Shown here piece after piece: positions 25,256 through 37,448 of a stretch of 64,000 nucleotides of DNA; within the stretch, counting starts at the first letter, position 1, and each line of letters begins with the position of its first letter. The notes under the pieces were generated by a model. It was given only the letters and a program-made list of their open reading frames with translations, was not told where the DNA came from and ran no database searches. The DNA comes from Proteromonas lacertae (lineage: Eukaryota): the NCBI GenBank assembly GCA_002245135.1, contig NGBS01000295.1:248001-312000 (forward strand). Reading direction: 5' to 3'. The translations under genes were made by a program, and so were the position numbers.

Positions 25256-27520
25256 ATGACAACGCATTTAGGACTTGGTGGAACTAATATGACACTTTAT
25301 GGTATAAGTGCTAGAAATACTGGTGGTAAAGTATAATATATTACTAATCTAATGCACTAGAATGAAAACTTTGCTAAAACTAGTTACTTTCACATTATGA
25401 AAGATGGTTCTAGAATGGAACAAAAAGCTGGTAATAAAGTTATTGATGAACCAACAACTGCTGCAGAATTATTACAAACAACACAAATTAACGAGCCAGC
25501 TTACAGATCTTACCAACAAGCAGACCCAACAACCAAATATTTATATGGTGAAACAATGGACCGTCCAATTCCAGAGGATTTACCCGATTGGGTCAAATAC
25601 GACAGAATGGTATTAAGATATTACATGTGGTTTGAAGAAAGTATGCCAGAAAGTCGTTTCGAAACAAGAGTAATAAGAAAATGTATTTTATATTATTATT
25701 TATGTGATAAAACAATACACATTGGTGAACCTCATGAAATCAACTCTGGTATGCCTCAAGGTGTTATCCTCAGAAGATTCCGTTATACTCATCCAAACGG
25801 TCATCCCTTCGATTTAAATGACTTTATGATTGGTAAATCCTTCTGGTTATTAGGTCATGAATATCACATTGTTGATGTTGATGATCAAACTAGAAATTGG
25901 TATGAAGAAGTATTAAAGAATCCACAACCAGCTCCTGATTATTATCCAGATAGACCATACGCTGAAGAATTAGCCAGAAGTGGTAAACCACCAATTAAGT
26001 TACCAGTCGAAAGTATCTGTGGTCCAAGAAAGAAGGATACTTTAAGGCAATTTTTGGATTATGATAGAAAAGTATTGAGATTTACTGCTTGTTGGGATGA
26101 TAGAGATAAATTGAATGGTGATAAAAGAAACTTCATATTATTATATTATTTAGCTGATGATTGTATTGAAGTATTAGAAATTAAAGTAAGAAACAATGGT
26201 AGAGATCCATTCCCCAAGTTATTAAGAAAGATGAGATTATTAAAACCAGAAGTAATTGGTCAAGATAGAGAATATTATACTGATAAAGACTTAATAGTTG
26301 GTACAACCGTTTATGTTTTCAATAGACCAATGTTATTATTAGATTGTGATCCATTCACTAGAAAGTTCTTCCAAAAGACATTTAATATTGATCAACCAAC
26401 ATTAGAAACTGAAGAATCTCACTTCAAATGGCCTGAAGCTTCATTACCTCAATACACTGGTTTTGGTAGTGAAGAAGATTCATTAGCATCTCATTATAAT
26501 TTAATACCAAAAGTACCATGGAAGGATTATAAGAAGATGGTGGATGATGCAAAGAAACTATTAAGATATAGCGCAGTATTTGCTAATCCAAAGGTGGAAG
26601 ATAAAGATAGAAAATTCATTATAATTTATTACTTAGGAACTGATTTAGTGCAGATCTATGAACCACCAGTTCGTAATAGTGGTATAATAGGTGGTAAGTT
26701 CTTAGAAAGAGGTAGATATTATAATACAGAACCAGAAGAAGGTGGTCCTCCAAGACCATTCAAACCATCTGATTTTGATACAGGTAAAGAAGTATCATTT
26801 ACATTTTTACCTCAAACTGAGAAACAATCTATTCGATTTAGAATCACTGGTTGTGATAGATATACTGATAAATATTGGGATGGTGTTATATCTGATCGAC
26901 CATTGGATGAATCTGAAGAAATTCAATTGAAATTAATAATGAAAATACGTTATACACTTATACAAATACCAGAAGTATTCCGTGTTAATGATCCAAGATA
27001 TACACGTGTAATGACTGTTAGTCTATTTAAAGATATTATCTCCAGTTTGGGTGTAGAACCAGGTTTCTTAACTGATGAAGATGTTGATTTATTATTGAAT
27101 AAATATACAAGAGATGATGGATTAATTCATTATGATGATTTCTTCGATAGTATTGCCTGCAGTATTCCACCAGAAGATTCAAATCATTTGGATGGAAGAT
27201 TACAGACTATATGTCGTATATTATATGATAATAACATTCCAATTCGAAGATTAATGAGAGAATCTGGTAAAGATAATGGTGGTTTAATGAATAAAGCTGA
27301 CTTTATGGAATTTATGAATAAATTTGAATTAATTGAAAATATAGCTCCTGAAGACTTTGAACAATTATTATCTTTATATATGGATAATGGAAATGTTAAA
27401 TGGGAATTCTTCCTCGATGATGTTTATCACTTCCTTGATCGTCCTCCCAGAATCACAATGCCAGAATATAAACCAGTCAATACAGCCAAAACACGAAAAC
27501 CTCCAACAAAGAAATGGTAA
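25256..27520 (+). CDS. EFHC1: Rib72/EFHC1-EFHC2 axonemal protein (three DM10 domains plus EF-hand-like C-terminus); intron 25331-25360
   Basis: Three DM10 repeats (YDRMVLRY..YYL.D.TI, YDRKVLRF..NNGRDPFP, EPPVRNSGIIGGKFLE). EFHC1 versus EFHC2 not resolved. Confidence 0.85.
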
Positions 27521-27705
27521 TTTTATTATTATATATTTTCTATTAAAATAAATAAAATATTATTTTTGTATTTTTGTTTTGAAAACTATCATAAACAGAT
27601 AATAATAAGCAATATCTTATCAGAATATTGATTGAGTATAATGTAGAGAAGGTTAAAGAATGTAAAACAAAAAAGCTTGGCTTGAGAAAACAAAAATAAT
27701 TCTAA

Positions 27706-28775
27706 ATGTTTTCTAGACATATATCGCCTGGATCGTTTGTTCGTATCTTGAATAGGAAATCTGTATACATTATGTTTTTAAAAATTAGCAATGTTTGCCA
27801 AAATATGCACATCTACCCAATTTCAACACAATTTTTAACAATACACTACTACTAAGACAATTTTCTAGTTTTTCACACATACTGTTTGATGAAGATAAAC
27901 CTAATGAAACGCGTATGTATTTCAATTGTTATTTTTAGTTTCAAGACTGCTGAAGAAGATAAAAGAAGTAGAAAAAAATATCAACAATCAAGGAAATTCT
28001 AATCCAGATCCAAAAGAAGATCCTCCAGATAATAAAAAGCCAAAAGGAAGAAAAATCAACAAATCTAAAGACAAAGAAAAGTCATCAAAAAAAATACCAC
28101 CACAGAAAGATTCAGAGCATAAAGAAAAGGATCATCACGAAGAAAAAACAAAAGAAGAAGATAAAAAAGAAAATAATAATAACAATAACAATAAAGATGG
28201 AAATAATGATGGTGATTTAAACAGTCTATTACCAAATATTGATCCAAAATTATCATGGTATTTATTAGCAGCTATAGTATGTGGAGTAATTGCCTATGAT
28301 GCAGCTGGTAAAACAAATAGCAGAGAAATATCTTACAGAGAATTTATTGATAATTATGTATCATCAAATGATGTGAAAGAAATCATCATTCAAGATGGAA
28401 AAATGGTATATGTTATTTCAAAAACAACTGGAAGTATATATATATTATTATTATTATAATTTATTCAATTTTTAAATAGAAAATGCTATGTTTACAATTG
28501 GAGATGCAGGATCCTTCGAAAAGAAATTAGAATTAGATCAAATGTCATTAGGAAAAGAACCATCAGAGTTTATACCCATTAAATACAAATATAAAGGTAA
28601 CTCAATGCTTTTACCATTGTTATTTAATGTGGTATTACCTTTTGGTTTAATTTATGTATTATATCTGATGATGACTAAAGGTAAGAATGGAAGTGGAGGT
28701 GGTGCAAATATGTTTAAGAATATGATGGGAATTGGTGATGTTCCAATAGCAGAGAATCCTCCAGTAAAAGTCAAA

Positions 28776-28808
<33 letters not shown>

Positions 28809-30257
28809 ATGGAAATTATGGAATATGTTGATTTCTTAAAGAATAGTGAGAAATATTCAAAATTAGGTGCAAGAATACCAAAAGGTGCTATATTATCTGG
28901 TCCTCCTGGTACTGGTAAGACATTATTAGCAAAAGCTGCAGCTGGTGAAGCAAATGTCCCATTTTTATCAATGTCTGGTTCTGATTTTGTGGAAATGTAT
29001 GTTGGTTTAGGTGCTAGTAGAGTGCGAAGTTTGTTTGAAAAAGCAAGAAAGAAGTCACCTTGTATTGTATTTATTGATGAAATTGATGCAGTTGCTAGAG
29101 CAAGATCAAGTGTATGAATATATATATATATATATTATTATTATTATTATTATTATTGTATATAGAATAAAATGGGTTCTAATGATGAAAGAGAAAACAC
29201 ATTAAACGCATTATTAGTAGAAATGGATGGTTTTAAATCAACAGATTCAGTAGTTGTTTTAGCTGCAACTAATAGAGTTGATATATTAGATCCAGCATTA
29301 TTAAGACCAGGAAGATTTGATAGACAAATATATGTAGATAAACCAGATATAAAAGGAAGAGAAGCAATTGCAAAAGTTCATTTACAAGGTAAAATATTAA
29401 AAGAAAAACCAGAATCAATGGCAAGAAGAATAGCATCTTTAACACCAGGTTTAACAGGTGCAGAAATCTCCAATATATGTAATGAAGCAGCAATATTTGC
29501 AGCAAGAAGAGATAAAAATGAAATAGATTTTGATGATTTTGAATCTGCAATAGATCGAGTAGTTGGTGGTTTAGAAAAGAAGAATGCTATTATTACACCT
29601 CAAGAAAAGAAAACAGTCGCTTATCATGAAGCAGGGCATGCTACAGTAGCTTGGATGTTAGAATATGGAGATCCATTAGTAAAAGTAACAATTGTACCAA
29701 GAGGACCAGCTGCTCTAGGCTATGCTCAATATTTACCAAAAGAATTACATTTATATACAAAAGAACAATTGATGGATAAGTTATGTACTGCTTTAGGTGG
29801 AAGAGCATCTGAAGAGATATTAATTGGTCGATGTTCTAGTGGTGCTTCTAATGATTTAGAACAATGTACAAATATTGCATATCAAATGATTGCTAGTTTT
29901 GGAATGAGTGATAAGATTGGTTATGTGAATTATGGAAGTATGCAGAAAGATACATTTACTAAACCATACAGCGATATGACAGCTAGAGATATAGATTTAG
30001 AAGTAAAAGAGTTATTAAAAGAAGCTTATGAAAAGACAAAAACAATAGTGAAACAATATGAAAGTAAGATTAAAGAATTAGGAGAGTTGTTATTGGAGAA
30101 AGAGACAATCACTCAAGCTGATGCGAAGGAGATATTAGGTGAAAGAAAATGGGGTAATCCAAAGGAATATGAAGAATTTTTGGATTTGAGTTGGAGAGAA
30201 AAAGATAAGAAAGAGAAAGATGAGAAGAAAAAAGATGAAGATGTGAAGAAAGAATAA
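27706..30257 (+). CDS. AFG3: Mitochondrial m-AAA protease (AFG3/paraplegin, FtsH family)
   Basis: Presequence-like N-terminus, two TMs, [36 protein letters not shown] and LGYAQYLP. Confidence 0.93.
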
Positions 30258-30367
30258 TTTTTGATTTGTTATTGATAAATGTATTATTTTTTTTAAATAT
30301 ACTATTGTTTTTTAATATCTGACAGAATGGACAAACACATATAACAATGTTAATTACAAAATACTAT

Positions 30368-30685
30368 TTAATCTTGCTTTGGTTGATGTAACTTCATATG
30401 AATAGCTTGATGAGATGGTTCTCGTGTTGGAAGAGGCTTCATTTGCATGTGCCTTGTTTCTTTTTCAAGTATTTTCTTCGGTGTTTGAATGAAATCATTC
30501 TGGTGCATTCCAAACGATTTAATTAGTTCATTTTCATCATTCTTTTCCGTTATTTGATTATCTTTATCATCTGCTTTCTCATTTTGTTCATTTATTTCTT
30601 TCTTGTCTCTATTCTGAGGGATTGACACTCTTGCTTTACCTACTTTGACAGCAGGCTGAACATTATTAGGTATATTTTGTTCCAT
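30368..30685 (-). CDS. Death-associated protein 1 (DAP1/DAPL1)-like small protein
   Basis: N-terminal PAVKVGKARV (cf. PAVKAGGMRI), KPLPTRE and C-terminal LHQPK (cf. IQQPR); about 105 aa. Confidence 0.65.
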   Translation of the reverse strand: MEQNIPNNVQPAVKVGKARVSIPQNRDKKEINEQNEKADDKDNQITEKNDENELIKSFGMHQNDFIQTPKKILEKETRHMQMKPLPTREPSHQAIHMKLHQPKQD

Positions 30686-30818
30686 CACTATTTTTATTAA
30701 TGATTTCGTGTTTTTATAAAAAGGATCTTTATAAGGATAAAAATGATATATAATAATTATGAAACACATATTTAAATCAACAAAATATTAATAAAAAATA
30801 TCATTTACAATTAAATAT

Positions 30819-32967
30819 TTAATTTTGATGAGTAACTGATAATAATTCTATTGAATTATTAAGCGGGTATATTGAGACATAAGGATATAATGGAGAAGGT
30901 AAATCTTTAACAAGTAAAACAGGAGATGAATCATTATGACTAATCCAAAATTCTCTTTTATTCATATCAACAATCACTTCATAAATTGAACCATCTCCAT
31001 GATTATTGAAATTTGGATTTGATGAAACAACTGTTCCAATACGACATCTTGAAGTAATATCTGCACTTCTACCACCATATGCAAAATAATTACATGTTGT
31101 TGATTGTTCATAAATACTATCACCAGAATATGTATTATCAGTTGATAATCCTAAGAATAAATTGTCACTACAATTGGAATTATTATTTCTTTTAATGAAT
31201 TTGTATTTGATATGATAAACTCCATTTTCCAGTTTTAAATTCAAATAACTATGAACAAAACGATTTCCACTTGTCTTTGTTATTAATTTTCCATTATTTG
31301 AGATTGATATTCCATCATTTTTGTTTAATTCTGTGAATTTACATGCAACAGATTCTAATGATATTTTGAATTTCTTTTCATTTAGCAATATTCTTACATG
31401 TTATTTCATATTCTCTCTTTTCTGATTTCTTTATTTACTTTTCCATGAATTATTCCACTTTCTTTATCAATCACTATTCCATCAGGTAAAAATGGATTTA
31501 TTGAAAATTCACATTTTATTCCATCAAATGAAGGAATTATTGAGATTTCTTCATCTAATATAAATGAATATTCTGATTGAGGATATGAAAAAGATGTAAT
31601 TTTCTTTACTAATATTCTTTCAATCATTTCTTTATCAGTGATTATGTCTGTTATATCGATTATCTTCTTCTTCATTTAAACCACTTTCATAGATATAATT
31701 AATTATAAGCTGAATTGATTCTTCACTTAAATGATAGTGGAAATTCAATATTTTGAATAGAGTGTCAATTCCACAAAGATCCTTCAATTATTGAATTATG
31801 CTTATTTTCATCTTAACAAACAAACATAAACATTTAACTGTTCTTTCATTCTCTTTTTCATTTAATAATCTCTTTAAAAATAAACTTTTCTTGTCTTTTT
31901 CAACTATTCAAATATATAATTATTTATATTCTATACTTTCATATTCTATTCCACTATCTATTATCATTAATAAACCAATTTCGATTCAATTTTATTTCAT
32001 CTTTGTTTAATAATATAGCAATTATTTCTTCTAAATTATTTTGGTTTAACATTTTCATATCTTCTACTTCGATTGTTGTTTTATCTTCTTCTATGATAGT
32101 ATTTATATATCATTTCTTGTATTTTATCATTCGAAATCTCTCTCAAATCTATTGATATATGATTAACTCTTTTGATTTCATCATATAAATTCAGTTCTTT
32201 TATTTCTGACATTGTTTTATTTGACATTTCTTCAATTTTTATCTTTTCTAAATGAATATATTTCTTTAATAATTGTTTAAAACTCTTCTTTTAATTCATT
32301 CACTTCATCTTCATTTTTATTCATATTCATCATTTCATTTTTCCATTTCAATAATTGATTCAACAACCAAGTTTCATTCTCAATTATCAGATTATTACAA
32401 CTTAATATAAATTCTAAATCTTCGATTGTTAGTTTGAATAATAATTCTTCATTTCTTAAATATTTATAACCATTTCTTTTGATATAATCTTCACACATAT
32501 CCTTTATATCACTTATACTTTTACTATTTATTTCATGCAGAGTATTAAATATTTCCATCATTCATTAAGTCATTTAAATGATTTTTAATATATTTCTTAC
32601 ACTTTTGTAATAAAAACATATCATCATAAATATAAACAAAATGATAACATTTTACATACATTATCATCTCTTAATTCCATTGTTCCACCACTGTAATACT
32701 TCTCTATCTCATAAATATAACTCAACATCACAACAATCATATAACTCTAACACACCATTGAATTGATCATCTTCTATTAACTTCTTGAACGTTTTATTAC
32801 CATGTATTAACAACGATTTTACACACAACACTTCTTCTCCTTTTATTATCACTTTCATATCACCATATCCTTCATTCACTAAATCTCTTCCCCAAACTAT
32901 TCAAATATATTATTCAATTAATTTCAATATACCCTCTTAAGCCAATATCTGAATTTATTAATTTCAT
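30819..32967 (-). pseudogene. BTB-BACK + shared linker + Ig(He_PIG-like) + SPRY/B30.2-like gene, disrupted by several +1 frameshifts (pseudogene or consensus errors)
   Basis: Clear paralogue of 47649-49413 (MKLINS, EDYIKRNGY, NLIIENETWLL). LPDGIVIDKESGIIHGK; SPRY-like C-terminus (VIVDMNKREF..LYPYVS). Extra bases near 32630, 32563, 32280, 31678, 31427 and 31384. Confidence 0.7.
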
Positions 32968-33073
32968 TGAAATTTATTCGTTATGAAATGAAATTGGTTT
33001 ATCAAAACATATTTGAAATATCAAACTTTCACAGTTTATTTTTTTAAAAATCTTCCTCAATAAATAAAGTGAA

Positions 33074-33434
33074 ATGTCTGCTTCTATGCCAGCTGACAGT
33101 GTAGTATTAGAAGAAGAAGTAGATCCAGATTATGAGCCTTCCGAAGCTGAAATAATCGATTATGCCAAATGGTTAGGAATGGATCCTGTAGCTGATAAAG
33201 ATTTACTGTATTTAGCGAAAGAGGGTTTAAAAGTACAAATATTAGGTGTAAATGTAATAGGCTCCTTTACCTGCTGATTGGAAGCCTTGTCATACAACAG
33301 ATTCTAATGATATATATTATTTCAATTTTCGAACCGGTGAGAGTACTTGGGAACATCCCTGTGATGATTATTATCGAAAATTATTTGATGAAGCAAAAAA
33401 GAAATATCCACATCATCTACAAAATCCAAAATAA
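33074..33434 (+). CDS. 110-aa protein made only of a CEP164-type N-terminal WW module; intron 33233-33260
   Basis: VLEEE.D.DYEPSE.EI..YA.WLG.DP..D.DLL..A.EGLKAPLP..WKPC....IYYFNF.TGES.WEHPCD.YY. Confidence 0.85.
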
Positions 33435-33475
33435 TAACAATAATAGAAAAATAATTATTATATTTCTTTTATTCT

Positions 33476-34344
33476 TTAATCTTCTTCTTCAATTGGAGCT
33501 GCATCATCAGCAGCACCAGCGTTATCATCACCACCTGGTTGATTAGCTGCTTGTGTTGATTGATATTCATCAATCCATCTCTGCAATTCTGACTCATCAA
33601 GCTCATGATAAGCAACACCATCTCCAACAACACTTACTGATATATTCTCACTATTAATAGTCTTATCAGCTTCTGTACAGTCACTTAATGCATAGATTGC
33701 ATGTTTTATTAAATCATCAAGAGAAGCATCAATGAATTCTGGTTCATCATTTTCATTAAATAATTTTCCTAAATATGTTCTTGCTGATTGAGATCTTGAA
33801 CCAATGGCAGTACTGTAATATTCAAAGGCTGTACCTGATGGAGAGGTTTCATATAAGTGAGATCCCATGTCATCATAACCTATTACTAATAATCCAACAC
33901 CATATGGTCTTCTGACATAGGTTTGGGTACAGTTTTGATATTTTGCTGCAATTTGACGGACTAACTTATAAACTGGCATTGATTCGTTGTATGTGAATTT
34001 ATAATTGACACATTCGTTTCTCATGTATTTGCCAAGACTTCTTGCATCAGCTGTGAGTCCAGCAATTGCAATGCCTATATTATCACTAATTTTAACTAAT
34101 TTTTGTTGATAACCTGCTAATTCTGATGGTTGTCTATAAAGAAGTAAAATAATCAATTGAAATACCTTCTGTATGCTGCAAGAACTGCATACTTGTTTGA
34201 TTTTAAACCGACGCAAGCACTACCTTGTTTTACAGCTTCCATTGCATATTCTACCTACAAAAATTAAATTAAACGGCATACTTGGAATAGACGACCTTGT
34301 GGACTCCACACGGTCACATCAGTATCATACATGTTCTTGAACAT
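33476..34344 (-). CDS. PSMA1: 20S proteasome subunit alpha-6 (PSMA1); 2 introns
   Basis: [58 protein letters not shown]. Confidence 0.96.
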
Positions 34345-34447
34345 CTTTTAAGAATAATTTAATGAATATTGAAAGAAAATTTTCGATTGAGGTGTTATAC
34401 CCCAAATTAAAGTTTGATTTAAGAAACGAATTTTATACTAAATTTTG

Positions 34448-35682
34448 ATGGATAGTGCATCATTAGCAGATCTTCCTGTTGATAACATCATTAATCAATT
34501 ATTAGGAACATGGGACAAACCGCCTGACACACAAGTATGAAATTGATAATATCGTGTAGGTCGATTTAGCTGAGAAAGATATTAAAAAAATATGTATGGT
34601 ATCTAGAGAAATATTTTTATCGCAACCCATGCTGCTAGAGATATGTTCTCCTGTGAATATTTGTGGTGATATTCACGGTCAATTTGCTGATCTACTACGG
34701 TATGTTTTAGTTATATATACTTTCCTAGAATGTTTGAAATAGGAGGACTACCACCAGTCTCGAATTATTTATTTTTAGGTGATTATGTTGATAGAGCTAA
34801 TCGTGGTATTGAAACAATAAGTCTATTATTATGTTTTAAAATTAAATATCCTGAAAACTTTTTTATATTAAGAGGTAATCATGAATGTAGTTCAATAAAT
34901 CGAATTTATGGTTTTTATGATGAATGTAAGAGAAGATATTCTATAAAGCTATGGAAAATATTTGGAGATGTATTTAACTGCCTTCCAATATCAGCAATAG
35001 TAGATGATAGCATTTTGTATAATAATTTCATTATTTTCTAATATAATATAGTTGTTTGCATGGTGGATTATCACCCTCATTGACTGATCTAGGTCAAATA
35101 GCCAATATTCAACGTCCAACAGATATACCAGATGAAGGATTGATTTGTGATTTGTTATGGGCAGATCCAGATCCTGATATCTATGGTTTTCGAGGCAATG
35201 ATAGAGGAGTATCTTATGTATTTGGAGCTGATGTTGTGGATACCTTTCTAAGGTCATTTGATTTAGATTTAATAGCTAGAGCACATCAAGTGGTTGAAGA
35301 TGGATATGAATTTTTTAATAATGTATTTATGATTGGTATTATGTTATAAAATCAATAGAGAACACTAGTAACAATATTTTCTGCGCCAAATTATTGTGGT
35401 GAGTTTGATAATGCTGGTGGTATGATGATAGTTAGAGAGGATTTAGTATGTTCTTTCAAAATATTACGTCCTGGTTTAGCAGAGGATTATGAGGAGGAAG
35501 TTGAAGGACAAGAAGGACAAGCGCCTGATGTAGATGCAGGAGCAGTGTCCAATGCTGGTGCTAATGTGAGTAGTAGTGAAGTGGGAGTTGGTGAGAAGTC
35601 TTTAACACCAGTTCCAGAAGAAGGATTGAAACCAGCTCCAAAGGATCCACCTCATAAGAGACTAATGTCACCAAGACCTTGA
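34448..35682 (+). CDS. PP1: Ser/Thr protein phosphatase PP1-type catalytic subunit with acidic C-terminal extension; 4 introns
   Basis: [47 protein letters not shown]. Confidence 0.92.
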
Positions 35683-35824
35683 ATATAATGCTAAAATACT
35701 TTTTTATTAGTGTGTAATCTATATATTTACTTTTTTTCTTTTTTTAGAATTGGTGTATGAAAACTAATTCAAATTTTTCATAAACCATCTTTATATCTTT
35801 CTGTTGGTTAAAAAATAGTCATAA

Positions 35825-37307
35825 ATGGGTGGTGTAGCATCAAATCTAGCACATACATACATATCTGAGGATTATGAAGTATTTTTCTGGCTTATTTTAA
35901 TGTAGATTACCACAAATCTTGGTCCAAAGAACAGCTTTGAGGTATGCTCAGTTACAAACAAAAAGAATAACTCAAGAGAAAGACTGAAAGCTGTTTCATG
36001 CAAATGTTTCAATGACTCAAATATCTCGAATTATTTCAATTCCTTGTTACAAATCCAAAATTTGAAGGTTGCGAGTATTGTTCCAATGACTATGCTTAAG
36101 AAAACACCAGAATACGTAGTAGTAATCACTCCAGAATATAATCTCTCTCTTACTTCCATAAAACCAGTGGAATACTTTAGAGAAAAAAGATGTTTTGGAA
36201 TGTTAATGGAAATTAGCAGTGCGGTTCAAGTAATGCATGCAAATAACATCATAAATGGCTCAATTAAACCATCTAATGTATTAATCAGCAACGAAGGACA
36301 TTTTGCTTTATGCGACAATTGTCAATACTTATTATACGTAAATAGCGACAATTCAATCCCAATGAATAATAGAAATGTAAATTATATAGCTCCAGAATTA
36401 TTAGAGAATAAACAAGTTGATAAAAGTATTGATATTTGGAATATTGGAACATTATTTTACTATTGTTTAAGTGGTGAAAATCCATTTGAAGATACAACCT
36501 TTATAAACAAATGTAATAGAATCAGAAGAGGTGATTTTAAAGATATTAGTAACATTGATGAAAGAGCAATGAAACTATTAAATAAAATGTTACAAGTCAA
36601 AAGTCAATATCGATTAAAGATTGAAGAATTATTAATGGAATTGAAACAAATGAGTGGATTGAATTATGAACTAGCCAGTGGTAGTTCTAATAATAATAAT
36701 AATAATAATACAAGTTATGAGAAAGGAATAAGTAGTACAATTCCAGCTTGTCCAATATCAAGTAGTAGTTATGGAGGTGGTAGTAGTGGTGAATGTGAAT
36801 TTCTAGCTGAAGGAAAAGGTAAAGGATTGATAATAAGTGAAGATAAGAAGATATTAACACATATCAGTGATATAAGTAATGATACAAAGTGTTATTTGAA
36901 TGTGAAATTAGACAGTAGTAGTACTTGCTATCATATATTATTCCAAGTTAGAATAAGTGTTAAATATGGCAGTGGAAGTTTTGTTTTTGGTGCAACTACT
37001 AATAAAAATGCAAATCCTAAGCCATATATTGAAGATGAAAGTTCTTTTGCTATTAGAATAGTGCAATGGTGGTAGTTGTATGAGTGGAGCTAATGGTATA
37101 AGAGCTGTAGAAAGACCAAATATAAAAGCAATTAATGAAACAAGATATGAACTTATTTTTGATTTGAAAAAGAAGGAGTTTAGTATAAAACATGAAGATG
37201 AAGAACCTATATTGTTAGTTAAGAAGATTGGATATCCTCTTTATCCATATGTTGAGAATGTATTTCCAGATAATGTTGTTGAGATTATGAGATATTGGAA
37301 AGATTGA
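35825..37307 (+). CDS. Pseudokinase-SPRY/B30.2-like protein with putative N-myristoylation site; +1 frameshift near 37055-37065
   Basis: MGGVAS start, NGSIKPSN, YIAPE, DIWNIG; C-terminal SPRY-like region (YELIFDLKKKEFSI..LYPYV) similar to 30819-31388. Confidence 0.72.
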
Positions 37308-37448
37308 TTGATTTTTAGTTGTTGTTGTTGTTGTATTATTCAATAAACTTATATTAGTATATTTTCTATATATCTTATTTTTTTAATGTTAATTTCATAA
37401 TCACTCAAAATCTCATTATACAATCTCAAGAATATAACATCAATTAGT

